Source of the DNA: an uncultured Spirochaetota bacterium
Lineage (GTDB): Bacteria; Spirochaetota; Spirochaetia; SZUA-6; Fen-1364
Reading direction: 5' to 3'
DNA length: 64,000 nt
NCBI GenBank assembly: GCA_963781885.1
Contig: CAWAHW010000001.1
Coordinates: forward strand, 1 to 64,000
Positions within the stretch are counted from its first letter, which is position 1. Each line of letters starts with the position of its first letter. The notes under the pieces are model-generated. The model did no database searches. It was not told the origin of the DNA and worked only from the letters and a program-made list of their open reading frames with translations. Made by a program: the position numbers and the translations under genes. Below are positions 16,990 through 27,950 of the stretch, piece after piece.

Positions 16990-18930
16990 ATGAGCCTGCT
17001 GAAGCCCCTGATGGAGAAGAACTTCCTCGAATACGCGAGCTACGTCATCATGGACCGCGCCATCCCGGATCTGCGCGACGGGTGCAAGCCCGTGCAGCGG
17101 CGCATCCTCCACACGCTCTTCGAGATGCACGACGGGAAATTCCACAAGGTGGCGAATGTCATTGGGGAATGCATGAAGCTGCACCCGCACGGGGACGCGT
17201 CAATCGCGGATGCGCTCGTCGTCCTTGCAAACAAGGAATACTTCATCGAGAAGCAGGGCAACTTCGGCAACATCCTCACGGGACACGCGGCTGCCGCGTC
17301 CCGCTACACGGAGTGCCGTCTCACCCCGCTCGCGGTGGAAACCCTTTTCAACCCTGCCCTCACGGAGCACAGTCCCAGCTACGACGGCCGGCGCCTGGAG
17401 CCGCGCGAGCTGCCCGCAAAGGTGCCGGTGCTCCTGATGCTGGGCGCGGACGGCATCGCCGTCGGAATGTCCACCACGATCCTTCCGCACAATTTCATCG
17501 AGCTCCTGGAGGCGCAGGTCGCCATCCTCCGGGACGCCCCCTACACGCTTGCGCCCGATTTCCTCCAAGGCGGGCTGATCGACGTGTCGGAGTACGACGA
17601 CGGCCGCGGCCGCATCAAGGTCCGCGCTCTCATCGAGAAGGTGAGCGGCGCACAGAAGCTCGTCATCCGCGACGTGCCGTATTCCACGACCACCACCAGT
17701 CTGATCGCTTCCATCGAAGCGGCGGCGCAGAAGGGCAAGGTGAGCGTCAGCACCATCAGCGATTTCACCTCCGACAAGGTGGAGATCGAGCTGCACCTGT
17801 CCCGCGGCGCCGCGGCGGACGCCGTCATCGACCAGCTCTATGCCCATACCGACTGCGAGGTCTCGATCAACTCGAACATCGTGGTCATCAGGAATGACCG
17901 GCCGGTGGAGGTCACCGTTTCGGAGTACCTCAAGGAGTTCACCGGGATACTGAAAAAGCAAATCAAGGCGGAGCTGGAGCACGAGCTCGCGCGGCTGGAG
18001 GACCGCCGTCACTGGCTCACGCTGGAGCAGATATTCATCGAGAACCGCGTCTACAAGGCGATAGAAAAGGCGACGACCGAAGAGGCTGTCCGGAAACAGG
18101 TCCATGAGGGGATGAAGCCCTTCAAGAAGCTCTTCATCCGCGCGATGACGGATGACGACGTTGCGCGTCTTCTCGACCTGCGGATCCGGCGCATCTCGGC
18201 GTTCGACATCAGGAAGAACCGCGGCGAGATCGACGACATCGTCGCCGCCATCCGGCAGTGCAACGCGAAGCTGAAGAACCTCACGAAGACGACGATCGCC
18301 TGGCTCACGGGTCTCATCGACAAGTATCGTGACGCCTATCCGCGAAAGACCGTCCTCGACACCTTCCACACGGTGGACAAGGTGGCGGTGGCGAAAGCGA
18401 ACATCCGCCTGAGCTACGACCGGGAGGCCGGCTATTTCGGCTCGTCCATCCGCGGCACGGAGTTCGTCATGAATGTCACGGAATACGACCGTATCCTCAC
18501 GGTGACGGCGGACGGGACCTACCGCATCATGTCACCGCCGGAGAAGGCCTGGATGCCCGGCGCGCTTCTCTATGCCGCCGTGTGGGATTCCCAGAAGGGG
18601 GAGCATTTCGTCCTGATCTACCGGGACGCCAACAAGGTGGCATGGGGCAAACGCGTGCACATCGAACGTTTCATCACGAACAAGACCTATTCCCTCGTGA
18701 AGGAAGGCTCCATCGGCATTGACTTTCTCTCGGAGAAGAGGAGCCCGGGCACCGCGCAGCTTTCCATGGTGCCGGTGAAAAGACAGAAGGTGAAGGCCGT
18801 CACGGTGGACCTCGGCAAGATACCCGCCTGCGGTCTGGCGGCGCGCGGCGTGAAGCTGTCTCAGAAGGCGGTGCAGAGCGTCACGCTCCTGCCGGAAAAG
18901 GAAAAGCCGGGGAAGCCGATCAGGAAGTAG
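16990..18930 (+). CDS. parC: DNA topoisomerase IV subunit A
   Basis: RAIPDLRDGCKPVQRRIL, HPHGD and AASRYTE (catalytic Tyr); short C-terminal domain without a GyrA box. Confidence 0.9.
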   Translation: MSLLKPLMEKNFLEYASYVIMDRAIPDLRDGCKPVQRRILHTLFEMHDGKFHKVANVIGECMKLHPHGDASIADALVVLANKEYFIEKQGNFGNILTGHAAAASRYTECRLTPLAVETLFNPALTEHSPSYDGRRLEPRELPAKVPVLLMLGADGIAVGMSTTILPHNFIELLEAQVAILRDAPYTLAPDFLQGGLIDVSEYDDGRGRIKVRALIEKVSGAQKLVIRDVPYSTTTTSLIASIEAAAQKGKVSVSTISDFTSDKVEIELHLSRGAAADAVIDQLYAHTDCEVSINSNIVVIRNDRPVEVTVSEYLKEFTGILKKQIKAELEHELARLEDRRHWLTLEQIFIENRVYKAIEKATTEEAVRKQVHEGMKPFKKLFIRAMTDDDVARLLDLRIRRISAFDIRKNRGEIDDIVAAIRQCNAKLKNLTKTTIAWLTGLIDKYRDAYPRKTVLDTFHTVDKVAVAKANIRLSYDREAGYFGSSIRGTEFVMNVTEYDRILTVTADGTYRIMSPPEKAWMPGALLYAAVWDSQKGEHFVLIYRDANKVAWGKRVHIERFITNKTYSLVKEGSIGIDFLSEKRSPGTAQLSMVPVKRQKVKAVTVDLGKIPACGLAARGVKLSQKAVQSVTLLPEKEKPGKPIRK

Positions 18931-20530
18931 GGTCGGAGCGCGATACCGCGAGAACCTGGTTCACCCGGATCGTGCTGAAAAGCTCGGATGCGGCGTAGTA
19001 GCGGTTGCGGCCTATCATGCTGATGCCGTCGGAATAGCGGACGCTGTTGGAGCTCCAGTCGCTGGGGATCGGGTCATAGACGATGAACCATTTGCGGTCA
19101 AGGCTGTAGCCCTTGATCAGCACGTAGTGGCCGACATTGTCCTTGTAGTAGGCGCCGAAGAGATTCTGGGTCGGATCGCCGCTTGCCTTGCGCACGGATA
19201 CGGTGTTGTACAGGAGGATGGCGATCTGGCCCTGGTCGATGACCTTGCGCACGTCATCGGGGCTCCAGGCCGGCTTCAGCTCGGCGGACACGCCGCGCTC
19301 CCGCAGCACGTCGATCATGTCCTGGAATCCGATGCCTCCGTCGCCCGTCCACCCCACCGCTTCGCGCACCTGCGCCACCGGCACGTACTCCCCCTTTGCC
19401 CACGAAATGGCCATCGCCACCATGCTCGGCCCGCAATTCGACTGGGTGCCGGTGTTGAACTGCGTCCTGTACCAATCCATGTCCGCACGGTCCACGTTCC
19501 GTGAAGGGATGGGGCTCACGAACAGGTAATAGCGGATGCTCTCCCCGCCTTTGTCGACGGTGAGATTGTAGAAGCCCGCCCTGTTCGCCGCGTAGGTTTT
19601 CACGCCCTCCCCCGAGCCGGCTTTCACGATGGGGGACTCTTCAAGGGACGAGTATCCCAGCACGGAGGTGACTTCCCCATCCACGTCGAAGGGCTGGCCC
19701 ACGTCGTCCAGCGTGATGAATCGCTGGTCCCCGGAGGCCCACGCGCCGGGATGCGGCACGGTGATATAGATGGTGTTCGAGCTGTGGACCTTGCCGTCCG
19801 CGTCCCAGGCTTTGAGACTGACGTTGTAGGTCCCGGGCTTGTCGTAGGTCCAGAAGGTACCGTCGCGGAAGGACCGATGACTGTCGCCCAGGTCCCATTC
19901 GTAGCGGACAAATGTCGTATCCTTCAGCGGCTCCAGCGTGAAATGGGCCGTCACCGATCTGCCGTCATTTTCCTGCGTGGCATTGATCTGCACCTGCTGG
20001 CCGGGCTCGGGCCGGGTCACGATGGCAAGACCCGCGCTTTTCGGCAGCACGGGCATCTTGACGGTCTGCGCGTGGGCAACGGAGGGAATGATCAGGTGCT
20101 GCCCGGGCTTGATCGCGCTGGGGTTGGAGAGATTGTTGAAAACGGCCAGACGCGTGAAATCGAGCTTGTAGACGTAGGCGATCTCTGAAAGCGTCTCGCC
20201 GTCCTGGACGGTGTAGTCCAGGTCCACGTTCGGGTCTCGCTCAGGGGCTCCTGTGCCGACCGCCGCTTGCGCGGCATCCCGGGTCGCGGCGGCGAGTGTG
20301 GGAATTTCCGGCGGGTTCGACGCCCAGCCTATTCCTTTCCAGGCGATAAGCGTCCCACTGAGCAGCACGGCAAGAGCGGCGATCGGGATGGTGATGGGTA
20401 TGCGGGCCAACCAGCGGACGCGCGGCGTCGGGCGATGACGTGCCGCATGGTGCTCCACCGGCTTGCCCGGCAAGGCACGCGTCCTTCGGGTGATTTTCTG
20501 ATTCTGCAGTATCGACCTCATCCAGTTCAA
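18920..20530 (-). CDS. Membrane-anchored LysM-PKD-C39-like cysteine peptidase
   Basis: TM helix; LysM YTVQDGETLSEIA; PKD YEWDLGD...TYDKPGTYNVSL; QSNCGP, GHYVLIKGY and VYDP triad. Confidence 0.82.
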   Translation of the reverse strand: MNWMRSILQNQKITRRTRALPGKPVEHHAARHRPTPRVRWLARIPITIPIAALAVLLSGTLIAWKGIGWASNPPEIPTLAAATRDAAQAAVGTGAPERDPNVDLDYTVQDGETLSEIAYVYKLDFTRLAVFNNLSNPSAIKPGQHLIIPSVAHAQTVKMPVLPKSAGLAIVTRPEPGQQVQINATQENDGRSVTAHFTLEPLKDTTFVRYEWDLGDSHRSFRDGTFWTYDKPGTYNVSLKAWDADGKVHSSNTIYITVPHPGAWASGDQRFITLDDVGQPFDVDGEVTSVLGYSSLEESPIVKAGSGEGVKTYAANRAGFYNLTVDKGGESIRYYLFVSPIPSRNVDRADMDWYRTQFNTGTQSNCGPSMVAMAISWAKGEYVPVAQVREAVGWTGDGGIGFQDMIDVLRERGVSAELKPAWSPDDVRKVIDQGQIAILLYNTVSVRKASGDPTQNLFGAYYKDNVGHYVLIKGYSLDRKWFIVYDPIPSDWSSNSVRYSDGISMIGRNRYYAASELFSTIRVNQVLAVSRSDPTS

Positions 20531-20577
20531 TGTTCGATCTATTTCCTTCCCGGCTCAATCCTTATTCTACATTGATA

Positions 20578-21687
20578 CTACTGTCCTTGGCTACTATAAC
20601 TTTTCCCCTGGTCGTTGCGGAAAGGAATGAACTTGACGCTGAGGCCGTTGTAGACATCGGTTCTTTTGAGGGTGACATTCCCCTTTTCGTCGGTGACACG
20701 CTCCACCTTCATGATGTACTGCCGGGCCGGCGGGCCCAGGGGCACGACCATGATCCCGTTGGGGGTGAGCTGCTGAATCAGCGGCGGGGGAAGATGGTCC
20801 ACCGCGCACGTGACGACGATCCGGTCAAATGGGGCATATTTCTCCCATCCATAGAAACCGTCGCCGAGCTTGCGATGGATGTTTTTGTAGCTGGGATAGC
20901 GCGTCGCCAGCTGGTCATAGAGGGCATCCGTCTCGTGGAAGAGCGGCTCGATGATCTCTATGGAGTATACGAAGTTGGTGAGGTGCGAAAGGATGGCCGA
21001 CTGGTACCCTGAACCGGTCCCGATCTCCAGGACCTTCATTCCCGGTTTCACGTCCAGGGTGGTCGTCATCATGCTCACGACGTCAGGATCCGTGATCGTT
21101 GCCCCCCAGCCGATCGGCATCCAGGTATCGTCATACGCGCGCGCGAGGTTGCGCGCCCGCACGAAGTTCTCTCGTGGGGTGCGCAGGTACGCCTCAATGG
21201 CGTTGCCCTGCAGCTCGTGCGTCTTGATGAAGGCTTGGGCCGTCTCCCACCGCTTCTCCAGGAAATCGCGCTCTTCCCCGTTTTGCTTCTCCATGTAATC
21301 CACGAAGTGCTCGCGCGTATCCATCGGCAGGGTGCCCAGCTCCTTGGCGGCGTCGAAAACCGGTGCGGCATCCGCGGTCGCGGGCGCATCCGGCTCCGCC
21401 GCCGGAACGGCAACGGGAGTCGACTCCCCAATATTGGAGGGAAGCGCGGCGAGAAGCGTGGCCGGGAGCACGTCGGCCGACTTGCCGGGATGGACGGTCA
21501 GGCTCCCATCCTGGCTCCAGAGAAAGGCGGGGATCCGGCCCCGGGGAAGGACGCCCGGAAGAAACGCGGGAAGGAAGATTCCCACCGCGACCCCCACGGC
21601 AATCCCGGCGAGAAAGAGCCAGACGAAAAGGGACGGGACGCGCCGCGAGAAAAAACCGGCGCCGCGATGGCTGTCGGGTCGATCCAT
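20578..21687 (-). CDS. pcm: Protein-L-isoaspartate O-methyltransferase with N-terminal TM/linker extension
   Basis: PRENFV, AYDDT..PIGWGATI, VLEIGTGSGYQSA, GDGFYGW..APFDRIVVT and FIPF. Confidence 0.85.
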   Translation of the reverse strand: MDRPDSHRGAGFFSRRVPSLFVWLFLAGIAVGVAVGIFLPAFLPGVLPRGRIPAFLWSQDGSLTVHPGKSADVLPATLLAALPSNIGESTPVAVPAAEPDAPATADAAPVFDAAKELGTLPMDTREHFVDYMEKQNGEERDFLEKRWETAQAFIKTHELQGNAIEAYLRTPRENFVRARNLARAYDDTWMPIGWGATITDPDVVSMMTTTLDVKPGMKVLEIGTGSGYQSAILSHLTNFVYSIEIIEPLFHETDALYDQLATRYPSYKNIHRKLGDGFYGWEKYAPFDRIVVTCAVDHLPPPLIQQLTPNGIMVVPLGPPARQYIMKVERVTDEKGNVTLKRTDVYNGLSVKFIPFRNDQGKSYSSQGQ

Positions 21688-21746
21688 TGCGCAAATGATA
21701 GCCAGCCGATATACAGATGTAAAGAGCAATGCATCGGAGGTTCTCG

Positions 21747-24275
21747 ATGGCGCCACGGTCCCGGTTCTTCGCCCTCTTTCTGCTCTCCACTGCGCTCATC
21801 ATGTACGAGATCGCCGCCATGCGCATGTTCGCGGTGACGAGCTGGTCGAATTTCGGCTCCCTTGTGATCAGCACGGCGCTTCTGGGCTTCGGGCTGGCCG
21901 GCACCCTCCTCACATTCATCAGCAGGCAGATGGAAAAGACCGCTCCGGCGTGGCTCTATCGCTCCGCAACGCTCTTCATGCCTGCACTCGCGCTCGCGCA
22001 CGTGCTCGGCCAGCGCGTACCGTTCAACCCGATCTTCATCGGCAGCGACCCGACGCAGATCCTCTGGATCGGGCTGTACTATGTCGTCTATGGCGTGCCG
22101 TTCTTTTTCGGCGCGTTCTTCATCGGCATCGCCTTCCTTGCCCACGAAGGGAAGGTCCACCGCCTGTATTTCTGGAATATGCTCGGCTCGAGCGTGGGCG
22201 GTTTCGCGGTGATCCCCCTGATGTACCTGCTTCCTCCTGCCAGCCTCGTGCTGCCGGTGCTCGTGCTGGCCTGCGGGGCGTCCCTCGTGGCGGCGCTGGT
22301 GCACGAGGAAGAGCCGCGACGATGGACGATACCCGCGGCCCAGCTCGTCGCCACCTCCGCGGCATTCATCCTGTCCATCGTGGTCGTTCTCGCGGCGGGC
22401 GAGACGCGGGTCTCCGACTACAAGCCCATCAGCTATATGAAGAAATACCCGGACGTCGTGGAGGTGCATCGCTCCTGGAGCCCCGTCGGCGAGCTGAACG
22501 TGTTTGCAAGCTCTTCGCTGCACTTTGCCCCCGGTCTCAGCGACAACGCCGTGCTCGCGCTGAAGACGATGCCCCGCCAGCCCTTCTGGGCGATGTACAA
22601 CGATGGAAGCGGGCCCGTCGGCGTCATGGGCGCTCTCCGCGCCGATGAGGCCGGCTACGTGGATTGGCTTCCCATGGCAGCGCCCTACGTCCTCCTGGAC
22701 CGGCCGCGCGTGCTCCTGGTGAATCTTGGCGGCGGCATCAGCGCGCAGGTGGCCCGCTACAAGGGGGCGTCGTCGATCACCATCGCGGAGCGCGACCCCG
22801 AGGTCGTACGCCTCCTGGGCAAGGACCCCGCCGTCGCGGCGTTCACGGGAGAGCTCCTGAAGGACCCCCTCATCCACCTCGTGCCGGGAGAGCCGCGCGC
22901 GCACAGCGCGGCGCACCCCGGCGCATACGACCTGGTCGAGATCAGCCTCGTGGATTCCGTCGGGCTCTCCGATCCGGGCGGCTATCCCGTGACGGAAAAT
23001 TACACCTGGACCGTCGAGGCGCTCGCCGCCTACCTGGGAAGCCTCGCGCCCAACGGGATGCTCTCCATGACGGTGTGGGACCGGCTGGACCCGCCGCGCA
23101 ACGTCGTGCGGCTCCTGGCGACTCTCGTGGAAGCGCTGCACGCGCGGGGCGTGGAGGATCCGGGGAAGAGGCTTTTCGTCTTCAATCTCTACCAGTCGAC
23201 CGCAACGATACTCGTCAAGCACGGCGATTTCACGGACGGACAAATCTACGACCTGCGCAAGTTCTGCGCCGAGAGGTCCTTCGACACGATCTGGTATCCC
23301 GACGCGCCGCGGCGCCCCGTCGATTTCGACGCGGTGATGAACACCTATCTCGATCATTTCAGCGGCACCTCATCCGCGACGACGAACGCCTCCTTCACCA
23401 CGAGCGACGTCTACTACCTGGCGCTGCAGAAGATGCTCGCCGGCCGGGCGGAGGACCTCTATCACGCCTATCCCTTCGACGTGCGCCCCATGCGGGACGA
23501 CCGCCCGTACTACACGGGCTACCTCCGCCTGGACCGGCTGCCCATGTACCTCAACAAGGTGAGCGACGTGAGCGAGGAGTGGGGCGAGCTTCTCCTCCTG
23601 GGCATCCTCCTGCAGGCCATTTTCTTCGGGCTCGTGGTGGTTCTCCTGCCCGTGATCGGCCGGTGGCGCGATCTTTTCCGTCACCGACGCGGCGTGCCGG
23701 GCATCGTCACCTACTATGCCGCCCTGGGGCTGGCCTACATGATGGTGGAGATATTCCTCATGCAGCGCCTTGTATTCTTCCTCGGCGACCCGGTCTACTC
23801 CGCCGCGATCGTGCTGTCATCCCTCCTCGTGCTGTCGGCGCTGGGCAACCTCATCTCCCCTTTGATCTCGCAGAACCGCGCGCTCGTGGTGAGGATCGCC
23901 GTGTGCGTGATCGTGGCCTCCATCTGCTTCTACATCTTCGGGCTGCGCTTCGTCTTCGACCGCTTCCTTGCAAGCTCCATGTTCGTGCGCGTCCTCCTGT
24001 CGGTCGCGGTCATTGCGCCGTCGGCGTTTTTCATGGGCGTGCCCTTCCCCACCGGCCTGGATGCGCTCACCGTCAAACGGCCGCGGATGCTGCCGTGGGC
24101 GTGGGGCATGAACGGGGGTCTTGCGGTCGCGGGCACGGCGCTCGCCCAGGTGACGGCGATCGCGGGAGGCTTTCCCGTCGTGCTCACGATCGTCGCGGTC
24201 CTTTACATCGTCGTGGGCATTCTCTATCCAGTGAACGAGATCGTGGACGAGGCAGCAGAAACGCCGGGGACCTAG
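21747..24275 (+). CDS. Multi-TM protein with central spermidine-synthase-like SAM-binding domain
   Basis: ISTALLGFGLAG, LYFWNMLGSSVG, LVNLGGG, ERDPEV, ENYTWTVEA, DDRPY, GVPFPTGL and WAWGMNG. Confidence 0.82.
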   Translation: MAPRSRFFALFLLSTALIMYEIAAMRMFAVTSWSNFGSLVISTALLGFGLAGTLLTFISRQMEKTAPAWLYRSATLFMPALALAHVLGQRVPFNPIFIGSDPTQILWIGLYYVVYGVPFFFGAFFIGIAFLAHEGKVHRLYFWNMLGSSVGGFAVIPLMYLLPPASLVLPVLVLACGASLVAALVHEEEPRRWTIPAAQLVATSAAFILSIVVVLAAGETRVSDYKPISYMKKYPDVVEVHRSWSPVGELNVFASSSLHFAPGLSDNAVLALKTMPRQPFWAMYNDGSGPVGVMGALRADEAGYVDWLPMAAPYVLLDRPRVLLVNLGGGISAQVARYKGASSITIAERDPEVVRLLGKDPAVAAFTGELLKDPLIHLVPGEPRAHSAAHPGAYDLVEISLVDSVGLSDPGGYPVTENYTWTVEALAAYLGSLAPNGMLSMTVWDRLDPPRNVVRLLATLVEALHARGVEDPGKRLFVFNLYQSTATILVKHGDFTDGQIYDLRKFCAERSFDTIWYPDAPRRPVDFDAVMNTYLDHFSGTSSATTNASFTTSDVYYLALQKMLAGRAEDLYHAYPFDVRPMRDDRPYYTGYLRLDRLPMYLNKVSDVSEEWGELLLLGILLQAIFFGLVVVLLPVIGRWRDLFRHRRGVPGIVTYYAALGLAYMMVEIFLMQRLVFFLGDPVYSAAIVLSSLLVLSALGNLISPLISQNRALVVRIAVCVIVASICFYIFGLRFVFDRFLASSMFVRVLLSVAVIAPSAFFMGVPFPTGLDALTVKRPRMLPWAWGMNGGLAVAGTALAQVTAIAGGFPVVLTIVAVLYIVVGILYPVNEIVDEAAETPGT

Positions 24276-25408
24276 CGGCAGAATTCTTCGATCGTCGCCT
24301 CGATGATCTCGCAGCACGCCTGCACCGAGGCGAGCTCCACCCATTCATCGACCCCGTGCAGTCCCATGCCCCGGGGACCGATGACCACCGTGGGGATGCC
24401 GGCCGCTGACAGGAGCGCGGAATCCAGCCACCCGCTCATACCGGCGTATGCCGGCTCCGTGCCGGTCACACGTTGCACGCTTCCGGCAAGGGCCGCGACG
24501 ATGGGCGCGTCTTTCGGCGCCTCCATTGGCTCGCGCGAAAAGATCGTTTTCAGGGTGGCTTTGAAATCCGGATCCCGCGCGCCAATCGATGCGAGCATCT
24601 CCCTGAGCTGCGCTTCAACGTTGTCGGTTGTTTCCCCCGGGATCGTGCGACGCTCAATGCCGACCTTGCACGACGCCGGGTAGCTGGAGAGCTCCTGGCC
24701 GCCCTGGATGAGCGAGGCGTGAATGGATCCGGGTCCGAGCGTCGCATGACCCGGGCCTGCTTTCAGGCGCGCGGCCATCGCGTCAATGCCAGCGAGCACC
24801 TTTCCCATCTTGGCGATTGCATCGACGCCGACGTCGGGCAGCGAACCGTGGGCCGCGATGCCGGCGGTCTCGATTTCGAGCCAGACAAAGCCTTTGTGCA
24901 CCGTGACGATCTCCAGGTTGACGGCTCACCGACGATGGCGGCGTCCGCCTTCCATTTTCTGACCACGGCCTCTGTACCCGCGCTGGCATATTCCTCGTCA
25001 ACGACGGCGGTGAGGATCACGTCACCCCGGAGGCCGCGCCCCGCCGCCCCGGCCGCTGCGGTCATGAAGGCCGCAAGCGCGGCCTTGGTGTCCATCGCTC
25101 CACGGCCGTGGAGCCGTCCCTCTCGTACGACGGGCCGGAAAGGTTCTGCCATGCCGGTCACCCCGACGGTGTCCATGTGCGCGTTCAGCATGAGTGATTT
25201 CCCGCCGCCCGTGCCGCGCGCGACCGCGACCACGTTGGGCCTGCCCGGCCCGCGCGGTCTCCTCCCGGCGGACGCCGAGGCCGCGCTCCCGGAGCCAGCC
25301 TGCCACGAAGTCTGCGATCGCCCCTTCCCCGCGAGCGCCCGGCACGAGGTCAGGATTCACCGAATCGATGGAAACCAGCTCTGAAAGGAGCGTCTCAAGC
25401 TCGGTCAT
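24272..25408 (-). CDS. M20 ArgE/DapE-family deacylase, two frameshifts (about 25250 and 24915)
   Basis: VSIDSVNP, LNAHMDTV, GRGAMDTK, VDEE, GEP, HKG and GLHGVDEWV spread across three frames. Confidence 0.8.
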
Positions 25409-25503
25409 GACCCTTTATACCGCGCTTTGCCGATGCCGTCGATGCCAAAAGAATGCACGGCCCGGCAGCTTCTGCGTGCCCCGGCCGCGCCGCGGTAGAT
25501 CCC

Positions 25504-26346
25504 CTAGGCGCGGGCCTCCGCTGCCTCGACGGTCTGGGTGATGAGGGTCGCAATCGTCATGGGACCGACGCCACCGGGAACAGGCGTATAGGCCGCGCAC
25601 CGGTCGATGACGGCGGAAAGCTCCACGTCGCCGACATTGCCCGGGTGGTAGCCGGCGTCGACGACCACGGCGCCATCGCGGATCCAGGCGCCCTTGATGA
25701 ACGCGGGCTTCCCCACGGCACCGACCACGATGTCGGCGCTCCGTACGAGCTCGGGAAGACCGGCTGTCTTCGAATGGCAGATCGTCACCGTGGCGTTGGC
25801 GTTGAGAAGCATCAGGGAGATGGGCTTTCCGAGTATGGGGCTGCGGCCGACAACGACCGCGTGCCGACCCTCCAGCGGGATCCCGTAGTGCGCGAGCAGG
25901 CGCATGATGCCGGCGGGGGTGGCCGATCCGTATGCCGGCTCGCCCATGGCCATACGGCCGAAGCCGAGCATGGTGACGCCGTCCACGTCCTTTGCCAGGG
26001 CAATCCTCTCGAAGCAGGCGCGCTCGTCTATTTGCTTCGGCGCCGGATGCTGGAGGAGAATGCCCTGCACGTCGGCGTTCGCGTTCAGCTCATCGATTTT
26101 TGCAAGGAGCTCGGCAGTTGTGGTCGTCTCCGGCAAGACGACCTTCAGGGACTCCATGCCGACGCGCCGGCAGGCCGCGCCTTTCATCTTCACGTACGTC
26201 GCGGATGCCGGGTCGTCTCCGACGAGTATCGTCGCGAGTATGGGAGACCTGCCGCCGTTTCTGTCCTTGATCCTGCTCACGCGGACGCTGAGATCGGCCT
26301 CTATTGCCTGAGAGAGTGATTTCCCGTCGAGTATCATGCCGGACAT
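25504..26346 (-). CDS. folD: Bifunctional methylene-THF dehydrogenase/cyclohydrolase
   Basis: [30 protein letters not shown] and [11 protein letters not shown]. Confidence 0.95.
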   Translation of the reverse strand: MSGMILDGKSLSQAIEADLSVRVSRIKDRNGGRSPILATILVGDDPASATYVKMKGAACRRVGMESLKVVLPETTTTAELLAKIDELNANADVQGILLQHPAPKQIDERACFERIALAKDVDGVTMLGFGRMAMGEPAYGSATPAGIMRLLAHYGIPLEGRHAVVVGRSPILGKPISLMLLNANATVTICHSKTAGLPELVRSADIVVGAVGKPAFIKGAWIRDGAVVVDAGYHPGNVGDVELSAVIDRCAAYTPVPGGVGPMTIATLITQTVEAAEARA

Positions 26347-26458
26347 GGTGTGCCCCCTTGTCGTTGCTGCAGGTTGTCTGTACGGGTGCATTGCTCCCGT
26401 CGGCAGGGCGGAGACACTGTAGCACGAAAAAAAACGGGAGTCAGCGCGCGGGAACGCG

Positions 26459-27019
26459 CTATCCTGGAAAAGCCGAGTGCAGCAGTCCCTTTCCCAGTCG
26501 TGCAAGGCTGCCCGCGCAGAGCACCCCGACGGCAAGCAGCACGGCATCGACGGCGCGCACCCAGGCCACGTACGGACCGATGGCGAGTGCAAGCGTCGCC
26601 GCGGCAAGGCTCAGGACGAAGAAGGCAGCGCCCAGGAGCTTCTTGCGGGTCAGGATGGGCGTGCGGGTGCGTCGAAACCTTACCCTGCCGTCCAGGAGCC
26701 CGGAAAGGAATGACGCGAGCACCGCCACGGGAAGCACGACGAGGAGCGGCGTGAGGATGCCGGCAACCTGGTCGGGATAAAGATCGGGAAGCACGAGCGC
26801 GACAAGCGCGAGCACGAACGCGGAAGCGCAAAAGGAAATTGAAAAGTGGAGGATGATGGGATGGATGTCGAGGCCGAGGACCAGCCGCCTCCGGTCGGAG
26901 ACGGGATCCTTCCAGGACTCCATCATCTTCCGCGGCACGCCGCAGGCCGGGCAGACCTCGCCGACCTTTCCGGCCTCCACAACGTAACCGCACGACTTGC
27001 ATCTCAAAAGCTCGGCCAT
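26459..27019 (-). CDS. Rubredoxin-like domain fused to a membrane (DUF2231-like) domain
   Basis: CKSCGY...CPACG, then HPIILHF and four TM helices. Confidence 0.75.
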   Translation of the reverse strand: MAELLRCKSCGYVVEAGKVGEVCPACGVPRKMMESWKDPVSDRRRLVLGLDIHPIILHFSISFCASAFVLALVALVLPDLYPDQVAGILTPLLVVLPVAVLASFLSGLLDGRVRFRRTRTPILTRKKLLGAAFFVLSLAAATLALAIGPYVAWVRAVDAVLLAVGVLCAGSLARLGKGLLHSAFPG

Positions 27020-27074
27020 ATGCCCCCCCCTGCCGGCGCCGCGAGGCGGACAAACCCGCCCTGCGCCGGCGGTC

Positions 27075-27950
27075 CTACCCGCCCGATTTCTTCGTTGCTT
27101 CCTCCGCAAGGCTCGCCAGCGGCTTCAGCATCGACATGAACTCCATGGGGAAGATGAACTTGGTCGCCGCGCCGGTCCCCATCTGCTTCAGCGTCTCGAA
27201 GTACTGGAGCATCATGGTCTTGGAATCGACGCCCTTGGCGGTGCCGAATATCTTTTCCAGCGCCAGGGCGAAACCCTCCGCGCGCAGGATGGCGGCCTGC
27301 CGGTCGCCTTCCGCCTTGAGGATGGCGGACTGCTTTTCACCTTCCGCGACAAGGATGGCCGATGCCCGCTTTCCTTCGCTCTCGATCACCATGGCGCGCC
27401 GGTTCCTCTCCGCCGACATCTGGCGGTTCATGGCGTCCTGGATGTCTTTTGGGGGAACGATCTCCCGGATCTCGACGCTCGTCACCTTCACGCCCCAGCG
27501 CTCGGTCACCTCGTCGAGCTTCGTGCGCAGGAGACGGTTGATGTCCTCCCGCTTCGCCAGGACGTCGTCGAGCGGGATGTCGCCGATCACCGCGCGGAGC
27601 GTCGTGGTGGCGATGCCCTGGCTCGCGCCGGCGAAGTTGGCGACCTGGATCACCGAGAGGCTCGGATCCATGACGCGCCAATAGATGAGGAAGTCGATGT
27701 CGATGGGCGCGTTGTCCTTCGTGATGCAGGTCTGGCTGGGGATCTCGAGGAAGAGCTCGCGCAGATCCGTCCAGACCGGCTTGTCCACGATGGGAATGAG
27801 GAAGACCAGCCCGGGCCCCTTGGCGCCTATGGTGCGGCCGAGACGGAATACGACCAGGCGCTGGTACTCTCGCACGACCTTGATGGATGACGACAGGATG
27901 ATGATCACGATGACAACGATGATCGCACCAAGAATCCACGAGCCAACCAT
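27075..27950 (-). CDS. SPFH/band 7 (stomatin-like) protein
   Basis: VREYQRLVVFRLGR, ITKDN, TTLRAVIG, WGVKV and QMSAER. Confidence 0.92.
   Translation of the reverse strand: MVGSWILGAIIVVIVIIILSSSIKVVREYQRLVVFRLGRTIGAKGPGLVFLIPIVDKPVWTDLRELFLEIPSQTCITKDNAPIDIDFLIYWRVMDPSLSVIQVANFAGASQGIATTTLRAVIGDIPLDDVLAKREDINRLLRTKLDEVTERWGVKVTSVEIREIVPPKDIQDAMNRQMSAERNRRAMVIESEGKRASAILVAEGEKQSAILKAEGDRQAAILRAEGFALALEKIFGTAKGVDSKTMMLQYFETLKQMGTGAATKFIFPMEFMSMLKPLASLAEEATKKSGG

Noticed and set aside
15163-18930. gyrB/gyrA
   Set aside because: Short subunits, no GyrA box and a truncated C-terminal domain fit topoisomerase IV better.
26347-26458. ZTP or THF riboswitch upstream of folD
   Set aside because: Only a short ACGGG/CCCGT hairpin is present; I could not find the conserved aptamer motifs. 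An Rfam scan would settle it.
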